A stretch of 52,348 nt of DNA, the filler included, from Streblomastix strix (Eukaryota): NCBI GenBank assembly GCA_008636045.1. It is 2 parts of 2 records of this genome, joined end to end, with 100 filler letters (N's around TTAATTAATTAA, not from the genome) between each part and the next. Parts side by side here need not be neighbours in the genome. Positions count along the whole stretch, not along the records: positions 1 to 26,134 come from SNRW01000179.1; positions 26,235 to 52,348 come from SNRW01000180.1. The stretch is one strand, 5' to 3'. Position 1 is the first letter of the stretch. Each line of letters opens with the position of its first letter. The notes below the pieces were generated by a model, which worked only from the letters and a program-made list of their open reading frames with translations, was not told the DNA's origin and did no database searches. The position numbers and the translations under genes are program-made. Of the stretch, positions 1 to 27,593 are shown piece after piece.

Positions 1-127
1 TGTTTCATTTTGCATTTCGCATTTTCTTTAAACGATCTTACCCATACTGTATCAATAAAGGACAAACCCACTGAGTGAATTGTGGGAGATTGCCATCAAA
101 TCAGGCTTAACTACTAAAGCCTTAGAT

Positions 128-331
128 CACATAAATTCATGTTTCTATTTCACAAGATCCTCACATTTGCACAATGTTATTAGAAATATATTTTTATTCT
201 TTTTCGTTTAGCAAGAATATATATTTAAATACATTTACGATTATGATTTTTGTTGAAATGTTTATATTTACATTTGAAGTTTAAAGAAATAAATTTTTAA
301 AGTAATATTTGCTAAAAAAATGTAATCACAA
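128..331 (+). repeat. Left terminal inverted repeat (~205 bp)
   Basis: Reverse-complement match to 2757-2959, read directly from the sequence. Confidence 0.92.
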
Positions 332-471
332 CATATATTTAACTATTTTTATCATAATTAAACTCATTTTGCAGCCTTAATTTAATTTTTAATATTAAAA
401 AAAAATTGAATACTTTTTTTCATAATACATTCTTCAATGTAATAATTTTATATTATATATAATATATAGTA

Positions 472-2669
472 ATGAACCAAGTCCTTTCGCCGTCATAATC
501 ATTATAAATTCATCCTTCTATTCCTATTTAACTAACTCCTTCAAGCAAAATAGAATTATCTCCAAGTACAATGGTTAAACAACAACAATTTTCTGTTCCA
601 GACGAAATTGGGTTATTAGATCGTGATCTTATTTCAGTTGGCATAACTCCACTGTAAAGCATTAATGTACCTGTTTCTGATTTTATTGCAATGTCTATCG
701 ATAGAGCACTGTTACTTTTACAAAAGTTACAGGAAATAAAAATATAATCATAAAAATCAATTGAATTATTGCAGGCTCTGAAAGAATCGTTAGAATCAGC
801 TAATGACGAGAAGGTATACGATTTCAGTATTAAAATTAATCTAGGCACAAATTTTTTCTTCAGGAACGACGAACTGAGCGAAGAATTAATGCAGAAAAGT
901 GAGCAAGTGCTTCTGAACTTTAGCGCCAAACTGCATAGCTTAATTTTGATGAGTATCGCAGATAAAAGGAAAATGAAAAATTCAAAATGTTGCTTAAAAT
1001 AAGCAGTGTCAGAGATTAGATTTCACTTGAATGGAAATAAAAGAAGAAAGAAGAAATAGAAAGATCAAAAACTATTAATACTTTTGAACGGAAACTTCGA
1101 GTTAATGGCAATGCTCTTCTTCTCAATAAATAAACATCGTCATTTTCTCAATCAACTACAGATAATTATCCATTATAAGCTGAAATATATTATCAATTTA
1201 ATAAGCAGGAATAATTCATTTAAAATCAAATATAGGAGAGACAACATCTGATATAAGAATTTCTTATTTTGTACAAGGAAGTCACTGAAGTAACTTCATT
1301 TATTCCATAATAATATTCATCTTCAATACAATCTAATTTCAATTCACCTATAAATATTAATGAAGAGAATAAATAGAAATTAAATGACAATACCATTGAT
1401 TTTAGTGAATAATTTGATAATTTAAATAAAAATGCATAATTTTAACCATCATAATGGACTTCTTTCTCAACTTCTTTCTCCAATAACATTCCTTCTTTAT
1501 TTAATTCATAATAACCATCTACATCATTAATTCCCATTTCTGCATTTTCTGTATCAACTCCAATTCATTAATCTTCTTTTAATACTCACGCATACTTATT
1601 GAAGGATGATGTATTCATGCTTCCTTATTCTCTTTCTTTCTCTTCAATAAATAATTCATTTCAGCATAAATTTCTTTTGATTAGCAATGCAGCACCATAT
1701 TTGACAAGAGATTCCAAAGTTGAAATGAATAATGTACTCAAAAGATGTAATTAAATTGCAATGCAGAAATTAGCAAAATTAGTCTTCCTTTTTGATTCAA
1801 ATGAATAAATTAATAGATCAAAATTGCATATTAATTATTAATAAATATAAAAATATTCAAATCCAAGAAATTCGACATATAAATAAGACAATTCTGAATT
1901 AAATATAACTATTAACAAATATAATAAGGAATTTTTCAATCGAGAATTACTTCTTAAAATTGTAGGTGTACTTCACACACCAATTCTTTAGAATTTGTTT
2001 TAATCTAGAAAAGAAAATCTAAATTAGTATTAAAGTATGCAGAAAGATAGAAATGATAATAATGATGAGATTAATGATTTATTAAAAGATTAATCATTTT
2101 TGAATTTATAAGAACTCATAGATAAATTAATTGTAGAATAGAATGATAATTCATTAGCTATTACAGAGAAATACAACAAAATAACAAATTTGCGTAGAGC
2201 TCTTCTTAATGCTGCACTTTAACTTGATGAGGAATATTATTCCCTTTTAGAACATAGAGAACAATGGAGAAGAAATAAATCCAAGAAATATCATTGGTAA
2301 TGGAAGGACGATGATAAAGAAAATGAAACAACTGAAAATATTAATGAATAATTAAATGAAAATAAGAAGTTTAATGAAATAATGAAGTAAAAGACTGATT
2401 AATAATCTATTATAAATGAAGAATAATTAATAACATATTCATCAAGAAAGCAAATTTAAAAAACGCCAAATCAACAATTATAATTCGACAAAGGGACAAG
2501 ATTCCTTTTTACATCATCACACTAAGCCTTATCATCTTCAATGAATGATCGATTAATTCCAGAGGAAGATTTTCTCTCCGTCAAAACCAGCACAGCGCTT
2601 CTCAACAGACTTGCATCTGCTTTCAATCGCTCGACACCAAGGAAGTAAAATGAGTTGAACGACGAATGA
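472..2669 (+). CDS. Hypothetical protein (~715 aa, coiled-coil and S/Q/N-rich) inside the TIR element; one intron; one in-frame TGA
   Basis: With TAR=Gln: ATG at 472 (MNQVLSPSQSLQIHPS...), exon to 813, intron 814-863 (GTATAC...TTTTCTTCAG), exon 864-2669 open to TGA 2667-2669 except for TGA at 900-902 (INAEK*ASASE). No DDE motif recognised. Confidence 0.75.
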
Positions 2670-2756
2670 GTGAAGCAATTTTATAAATATGCATATTAAA
2701 TTCAATAGAGTTGATGATAAACTAAATAAATTATATATATCTTCAAACAAAATAGA

Positions 2757-2959
2757 TTGTGATTGTACTTTTTTGCAAATATTACTTTAAAAATTTATTT
2801 CTTTATTCTTCAAATGTAAATATAAACAATTCAACAAAAATCATAATCGTAAATGTATTTAAATATATATTCTTGCTAAATGAAAAAGAATAAAAATATA
2901 TTTCTAACAACATTGTGCAAATGTGAGGATCTTGTGAAATAGAAACATGAATTTATGTG
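2757..2959 (-). repeat. Right terminal inverted repeat (~205 bp)
   Basis: Reverse-complement match to 128-331, with several substitutions and small indels near the inner end. Confidence 0.92.
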
Positions 2960-3468
2960 ATTAAAATAATCTTAATCTCGATCTAGAATCAGCACTTAGC
3001 ACTTATGTATTTTTTATTTGGATATCCTAATATGATGTGAAATATATTTATTTGCCTTTCTTTAACATAAATATCTATATTTTGATTCAGAATCGTTCAT
3101 TCTATTCACGAGCTTCGCACCGTTCATCCAATATATAGATTGCAATTTGATATATCTTTTTATCTACTAGAAACAAATTCTAATATAATTTATACTTATT
3201 GAATAATATTTAACCACCATGGCGCAATAATATAACACCGAAGAATATTTTTATTTAAACGCATATTGAGCATCATCCAGTTCTATTCTTAATATGGAAT
3301 TGCAATTATTTTCCGTGTTTCCAACTTTCTGATGGAATATAGATGTCATAATACCAACAATAAAATAACCTATGATTAAATATGTGAAAACACTCAAAAT
3401 ACTCCGTATCACTCTTTTGAAACATTAACCAAACCAAATTATTTATTTATTTGTTATTAATTAGACTT

Positions 3469-4440
3469 ATGCCTCAGCCAGACATCTCAAAAAAGATCAA
3501 TGATGGAAATAAAAAGAGAAAGAAGCAGAAACCTAAAAACAATGATAAGAACGAAAAAAACACTTTTTTCAATAACTTCAAACATTCAATGATAGATGAT
3601 TTCAAAGGAACCATAAAAATTCTTCTTGTATTTGGAGGACTGTGCCTTGCTCTGAAAACAATCCATCCAATCTCAGTTGTTGTATCAGGGTATAATTTTA
3701 ATATTATTTATTTTTATTAATAATTAAGTTTATTTTATTTTGTGTGTTTATTAATTTTTTTAAGATCAATGGAACCTGTCTTATTCAGAGGTGATTTGAT
3801 TATTGCAACTGGTTGGAAATATCCGAACTATGAAATTGGTGATATAATAATGTGGAGACTTGGAACATCACCAATAGTTGTTCATAGAATAATCAAAATA
3901 AATGAAACAAGATTCTTAACAAAAGGTGATAATAATAATGCTGATGATATTGGACTCTATCGCTTAGTATGAAAATATAATTAAAAGAATAATCTATTAT
4001 GTTATATCTAATAAATTTTTAAATTATGCCATATAGTATGGACATCCTAATCCACCTTCTGGATTGGGTTTGGAGAACATTTAAAGTAAAGTATTGGTCC
4101 ACTTTCCAAAGGTATTTAACTTCCTTAAAATATATTCTTAATTTTAATCAATAAATTTATTTGATTATATTAATTTTAGGTTGGATATCCAATAATGCTT
4201 GCAAAAGAAAATATGATTATTACAGTTTTTGTTTCTTTGGGACTTGACTATCTGTGGACTACTTTCTGGAAGAAAAAGAAGATGTCACTTGGAGAAATGG
4301 TATCATATAAATCATATTGCATTATTTCATCCCAATTTTTTATATTTTTATTATCTTAAATTTATTCCATGTTAATAAAGGCATACAATGTTGCTTCAAC
4401 ACTTGCTGTACTATTTATTGCGAAAAGAATGGCTTTCTGA
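3469..4440 (+). CDS. SEC11: Signal peptidase complex catalytic subunit SEC11 (peptidase S26B), 5 exons
   Basis: Spliced motifs PISVVVSGSMEPVLFRGDL, PIVVHRII, FLTKGDNNNADD and PKVGYP. Four GT-AG introns. Ends ...KRMAF-TGA at 4438-4440. Confidence 0.93.
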
Positions 4441-5185
4441 TTTCAAATGAGTTGTCTTTAATAAATATACTATTCTAATTTCTATGCATAATTACTTCAA
4501 AGATCATATTTTCAGAGGGAAATTTAATTTTATTTGATAATGTTTCAAAAAGAATAAAAAAATAATCTATAATTAAAGAATTAATTACACCACATTTTTT
4601 GCATAATATTTTTAAAATTTTAACTATTATTTTATTTAAACAAATTTAAAATAGTTAGTTAATATTATTATTGTGGATTGAGTTTGATTTATTTTTGTGA
4701 AATATTCTAGATTAAAATATTATTTTGGGTTTACTTAAAATAAAAAATCAATTCATTTAAAATTTCAATTTATAAAATTATTTCAATAATCAAATTAAAA
4801 TCTAAATATACAGCCAAATTCTCGAAATACTTTAACCCCAATATTTACAAATGTTAACACGATAAAATATATATTCAATGCTCCTAAATTTTCAGCAGTC
4901 ATCTTTTAATTATTTTACATTATTAATACCTCATTCGTCGTGAGTTTACAATAAATTGTGCAATTACACGCAACATCGCTTATCATTTATGCATATGCTA
5001 ATATTAATCAACAAAATTTTAATTAATGGTGATATTTCCATCTTAATTTATATCATTTCCTTAAACTGCACATAATTCTACCAGCTTAAAATAATTTTTT
5101 TCTGAAAAGCCTGATTTGCCCCCAATATGTATTATTTTAATTTGTTTTTTGTTTACAGTTTAATCAACAAAGTAATAAGAAGAAT

Positions 5186-8100
5186 ATGACATAAAATATT
5201 CGTTTTGAGAATTGTATGACAAATAATTATAGTAATTTTATATTTAATATAAATAATTTGTTTCTTAATCCAATTTAAGATGAAATAAGTTGAATTTTTA
5301 AATATGTAATATTTATTTTATTTATTTTTTATATAATATTAGATGATGTCTTGTAAGAGGCAGGATAAGGAGGGTTTGGTAGTGTATAGATAATTAGAGA
5401 GAAAGCGACTGGGAATATATTAGCTTGGAAGCGCCTTAATCTTGATAATTAATCTGAACGAACATATGCCTTTGAAGAGGCACTGACACTGATGAGATTA
5501 GATTGTCCATATATTATCAGATATATGGGCTGTTTAATTAACAAAAATTAATTATATATACTAATGGAAGCATGTTAATAAGGAGATTTATATCGCTACA
5601 TCCAAAGCTTGAAAAAATAGAGGATCTACATATCTGAAGATGTAATAATTATTATTATTTAATCAATATTAATATTTTCCATTATTCACTTAGAAATTTT
5701 GGGACATAGTTACCTAATTATCATTCGGATTAAATTACCTTCATCGAAATCACGTTTTACACAGAGATTTGAAGCCCTAAAATATCCTTATCAGCGAAAA
5801 CTTTAGGATCAAACTCTCTGACTTTGGGATTTCAAAAGGTAGCGAATTTATTTAAATGTTGAGACTTACTGTTTCTTAATTATTAATTTTAGTCCTTTAA
5901 ACTGGGAGAGAATTCGCAAAGACTGTTGTAGGAACACCAGGTATATAAATATATATTATTTTGCAAAAATTTTATTTTTAATATTGAAATGAAGCCTACG
6001 TGGCACCAGAGATAGTAAAACAATAATTGTTTGCTTTATATAGTCAGAGTCAAATATATTATATATTATTATAGATACACAGAAAAAGCCGATATGTTTA
6101 GTTTTGGAGTTTGTTTATTTGAACTTGTGATGCTCAGGTATAAATATGAATTATTTTAATATCTATTAATTTATGTGTTTAGAACACCATTCGAAGGAGA
6201 CAATATTTATTCAGTTGCTGTTTAAATTGTTGAGGTATTCTTGAAGTGATATGATAATATTAATATATATTTTGAATTTATTATTCATATTATCGTTACT
6301 TTTATTAATAATATATAATTATAAGCAAAATCCTCCTCCAATTACAGCTCCAATTTCTGCAGAAGCCAAAGATTTGATTATGTCTTTATTAAGCAAAGAT
6401 CCAAAGCGAAGACCTGCCTCAGAAGATATACTAGCCCTATAACAAGTTAGATAGAGACGGTATAAATAGAAAATATTTTGAAAAATTAAATTAATATTTA
6501 TAAATATTTATTATTATATTATTCATATTTATCATTTATAAGTAAAAAATTTGAAAATCCATCTAATTATGAAAATCCAACTCAAATAAAATAGTAGAGT
6601 TCTTCTTAAACCAGAGTAATAAATGGTATTATATTATTTTTTGAAAGAGTTAAATAGATTTAATAAATTAAAACTAAAATAGACAAGAAAATGTTTAATT
6701 ATAAAATTTTTAATTAGCAAAAAATATTCACTTTATTTACAATTTTATATTTATATTTATTATATTTATCTATATTTATATCTATTATATTTATCAATAT
6801 TTATATTTATTAATATTTTATTTATTAATATTTAATTACTTTAATAATAAATGAGTAGATCAAGTAAAAAGCCGAGGAGTTGTATAACCAGGTTTATTTA
6901 GATTACATTAATAAAATATTTACAATCAATTATCTTTTTTAATTTTTTTTTAAATTAGTATAAAATATATTAGAGCAGGTTGTTTCATCATCAGGTTTGC
7001 ATTAGTTAGAAGAAATTTGAGAATAAAATTGAAAAATATATTATTCTTTCCTTGTTTTCATTATTATATTAAATTTCATTTCCAATTTTTATTATATTTT
7101 AATTATTTTATTCATATTTATATTACTATTATATAGGGCCTCCTCCTCCAAAGTTTGATCTTATTCCTGTTTAAGGCTTCTAAGGACCCCCACCTGGAAC
7201 TAAAAAAGGAGGTTTGTGAAGAAGAAACGAATAAATAAATGAAGAGAAAACACTATTCAATTAAATTATAATTAATTATTTTATACTTTTCCCCATCATT
7301 TATATATTTTTTTCTATTATTTATTTTAGAGATTACAGTTACTTGTGTTAAATGCAGACGAGTTCTCTGCATTCCCCAAAAACGCGATGGATCAGTAGGT
7401 AAGTAATAAAAATAACTAAAATAATATAAAAAAAATTTAAAAAATTAATTTAAAATATTTATTATTTGTTAATTTTTTATTGAATCCTTTTTAATATATT
7501 TTATAATATATTTCTATTATTTTTTATTTATAGAACCTGGATTTTAAAAGTGTCCATGTAACAAAGAAAGTTTTTTGTCTTAATGTGATAAATGTGGAGA
7601 TTTATTGATTGTAGATTAAGTAAATTCATATGATTATCCAATCAATGTTTGTTATATATTATAATAAAAATGAAATAATGATAATATTAGAAAAATTCAG
7701 ATAATAAAATTATTATAATTATTGTATAATAATAGGTTCGTCATAATTAATGTGGTTATTCATTCACAGCTATAATATGCTCAAAATGCCACAAGGAAGG
7801 TTACTTTATAATACTTAAAAAACTTTATATTTATTTCTTTTATTATTTCTTTTATAATATTTTAAATATTATAGACCATTTCTCTAATCAATAACATTAA
7901 GGAATAAAGTAATATATAAATAGAAATACAATACCAACTTTACAATGAATTTAATTTTAATTATTTATTATATTATAATAATTTTTACATTTATTTTTTA
8001 TATATATTTTTTTAAAGGAACAAAGTCCTTCGTTGCACATGTGGAAACAGATTCATGAGCACAGTCTGCAGCAAGTGTGGAGATAACTTGATATAGAATG

Positions 8101-9364
8101 CTGAAGGATTACCCGGGATCTTTAGGTTTGTTAAAACGAAAATGATAATTTAATAAATTTTATTATATTTTTATTTAAATATTATTGTATTTTTATTTAA
8201 ATTTTATTGTATTTTTATTTAAATATTATTGTATTTTTATTTAAATTTTATTTTAGACACTCCAAATGTAACCGTGCGGACTACTTCGGTGTCTGTGAAT
8301 GTGTGTTTACATAAAACTAATGATAAATAATAATACATAAATATTATTAGAATAAGTTATATCTTCATATCTTCTTATAATTTATAATATTAAAATATAA
8401 TTTTCCGTTTATTCATAGGTGGCGAGATTATTGTCTATGATGAGAAAGCTGTTCCTGGTACTAAAATACATTTCATTATAAATTCTTTCTTATTTATTAT
8501 AATTTTCCTAGGTTATCTCATTTGCCATTAATGTGGATGTAAATTCACTGCTATTAATTGTCCAGAATGTGCTAAAATAACACATTATAAAGGTTTATTA
8601 CTAATTATCTTTTTGAAATTTACAATTATTTATTTATTTACAATTATTATTTTATTTACAATTATTTTTTTATTTACAATTTCACTTTTATTTCTATTTT
8701 ATATTATTTTATATTATTTTTTTGTGAAGGTCATTCATCCAAATACTTCTATAGGTGCCCATCGTGTTAGTATTTGTTTTACAGGTTAATTATATTATTC
8801 TCATATATTTTATTATATATAATTGAAAATTCATATATATATTTTGAAATTAATATATGAAATTCATGATAATAAAATTTTTAACATTATCTCAAATAAC
8901 TTAAGAATTATATTAATTATATTATATAATCAATCAAATACAGTGCTCCATGCAGATGCGGAGAGATTGTTGCATTCGATGCAAAGAACGTTCCCGGAGG
9001 ATTGAGGCACAGCAAGTATGTTAATATTTAAATAAACCATAAAATTTATTTTATTAATATTATTTTAGATGTGGATTTTCGATGTCGGTTGCAGAATGCC
9101 CAACGTATGTATTATTTTTTCTATTATGTATTATTCATTATTTATAATTTATCATTATTTCTTGTTCTATAAATTATTTATTATTATATTTATCAATTAT
9201 TAATTTAAACAGCTGCCACTAATGTGGACAATATGGCGGTCTTACAGGGTTTGTATTTAGAGGAAACCATTATTTATAATTTATTTTTATTAACATTATA
9301 ACTTTAATTATATTATAGCTAACTCAAATGCTAATGTGGCAATTCATTTTCAGTTAAACTGTGA
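5186..9364 (+). CDS. NEK-family-like Ser/Thr protein kinase with a long C-terminal Cys-rich (CxxC/CxC) repeat region; >20 exons
   Basis: Kinase motifs GQGGFGSV, LAWKR, HRDLKPQNIL, DFGISK, FAKTVVGTPAYVAPEI, YTEKADMFSFG and DPKRRP. Phase-compatible linker exons (6542-7211) lead into CVKC, CPC, CDKC, CSKC, CTC, CEC, CHQC, CPEC, CPSC, CRC and CQC motifs. TGA at 9362-9364. Confidence 0.88.
8167..8254. repeat. Intronic 22-bp minisatellite (~4 copies)
   Basis: ATTTTTATTTAAAT(A/T)TTATTGT repeated in tandem inside a kinase-gene intron. Confidence 0.7.
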
Positions 9365-9805
9365 TATGGCAAAAGAATAGATTAAGAGAAGGAGAAAATG
9401 AAAAGATGATGATAAATCGAGTATTAATATTTTATTTTATTAATTAATTAGCTAGCTTTAAATCTTAATTTACTCATCTTCATCAGATAGCTTATTCTCC
9501 TATCATATTCACTAAATTTAGCTTGAGATATTCTTCTTGAATCAACTATTTAATACTAGTTTTATTAACTCGGTTTATATTTTATCTAAATCATTCATGT
9601 AACAATAGTAAATTTCACATATTTTTAGATTTCACAGTAGCAAATAAAAAGGGAATAATCAAAATAATTTATTTGAATAAATTATATTCTTTTTGCTTTA
9701 TATTTATAATAATCATTTAAAAAATTATAAATTCTTAAACAACAAAAAGTGACATGAACGAATTTTTATAAAAGCTTATTTGAATCTGTGAGTAAGAATT
9801 CAATT

Positions 9806-26134
<16,329 letters not shown>

Positions 26135-26233
26135 NNNNNNNNNNNNNNNNNNNNNNNNNNNNNNNNNNNNNNNNNNNNTTAATTAATTAANNNNNNNNNN
26201 NNNNNNNNNNNNNNNNNNNNNNNNNNNNNNNNN
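26135..26233. other. Artificial contig-joining linker
   Basis: N run, then TTAATTAATTAA (26179-26190, standard-code stops in all six frames), then N run. ORFs on both sides run off into it. Confidence 0.95.
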
Positions 26234-27117
26234 NTTTTTTCGTCTTTGCAGCAGATTTATGAAACTGCGCCATAAACGGATGATTGAAGCTTCTTTGTTG
26301 TGTCTGAAGCAGGAAGATCAATTCTGAGTTTGCATTCAAGTTCTAATGGACAGTTGATATGCAGTAGAGAGAGTATTTATTGTTTGCAATTTGATTAACT
26401 GACGATTTTTTATGAATCTTAGAGCGTTGATGTTGATATTATCTTTAGTGCTTTTGAGAGTTATGTACATTCTTTCTCAATAATACATTCATTTTATTAT
26501 TCTATATTAATTTCTAGTTTCTTTCTAGAAACATTAAATAAACTCGATATTTTGTCCGTGTGAGCTTTTACAACAGAACCAATGATTTTTGACTGTTCAA
26601 CATTTAACCGAACTACTTTCAGTATATAACTGGTTATACATGCAAGTTTTAGAGCTACATCAGTAGAAGCCCATTATTCTTATTAATCACTCTTTGAAAT
26701 AGTGATGAGTGCTTATTATATTCTTTCCATAAGTTATTCATCAGTTTTATGGTCAAAGAATCTGTTCTACTGATAGGGAAGGAGGAAATCAACACCACGA
26801 TCAGCTATTATCTCAATTAGGTCAAGTACTTTTAGTTCAAATGGCGATTAACATTGACCAATATATCTGATAAGCCATGTACGAAATTCTTTGGTAAGAA
26901 TAATCTACAAATTCCTCTGACTTAATCGGGAGATTAATTTGCATAATTTATCTACATCTTCTACAATATTCTCAGGCTGATCATCACCTTTTATTGAATT
27001 AATAATAGAAACTGTTATTTATACATCTGTTGATGCGTTATCTAATATTCTTATCTATGTTTGATTAGCAGGTACCTAAGCAAAGTCAATATCTTCGTCG
27101 TTTCTTACCTTTGTCAT
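26234..27117 (-). CDS. Hypothetical helical protein, 3'-partial
   Basis: ATG 27117 (MTKVRNDEDIDFAQVPANQ...EFRTWLIRYIG...). Open with TAR=Gln to the contig edge, ~294 codons. Confidence 0.75.
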
Positions 27118-27593
27118 TGTTTTGAAATCTTATAAATTAACTATAAAATAAAGAATAAAATAATAATTTTATGAAAAATTATATAAAAAAAATTATGACA
27201 ACTTTAACGAACTCAAGGTATATACAAAATAAAAATATAAAATATATTTACTTTATTATTTTAGTAGCACAAATAATTTTTAGAATTTAATAGAAGAAAA
27301 ACAAATAATTAATTGAGATAATTTAAAATAATAATTTAGTTATGACTAATATAATGTATTCGTGTCTTGAAGCCAATTTCATAGCACATTCAGTAATCAC
27401 ATATGAACATAGCGTATTCGAGTCTTTAAATATATAAAATTACCAAATAGTTTCTATATTTATCATGTTTTAATATATTGGTTGAGTAATACGGCTCGCA
27501 ACTAAATAAAGCCCCTTCCACAAAAATCATTCTTTTATTTCAAGTTTAAAAATAAATATTTAATTTTTCTTGCAGATTTTATTAACTTTATCA

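Larger units (their letters stand above)
128..2959. mobile_element. TIR-bounded element (~2.83 kb, CAC...GTG ends, possible 2-bp AT target duplication) carrying a non-transposase gene
   Basis: 128-331 (CACATAAATTCATGTTTCTATTTCACAAGATCC...) is the reverse complement of ~2757-2959 (...GGATCTTGTGAAATAGAAACATGAATTTATGTG) with scattered mismatches. AT flanks both ends (126-127, 2960-2961). Confidence 0.75.

Noticed and set aside
528..929. 133-aa minus-strand ORF from the track
   Set aside because: It is an antisense shadow of the plus-strand gene at 472-2669.
26179..26190. Palindrome TTAATTAATTAA between N runs
   Set aside because: It is an artificial six-frame-stop linker. Adjacency of the two halves of the window has no biological meaning.
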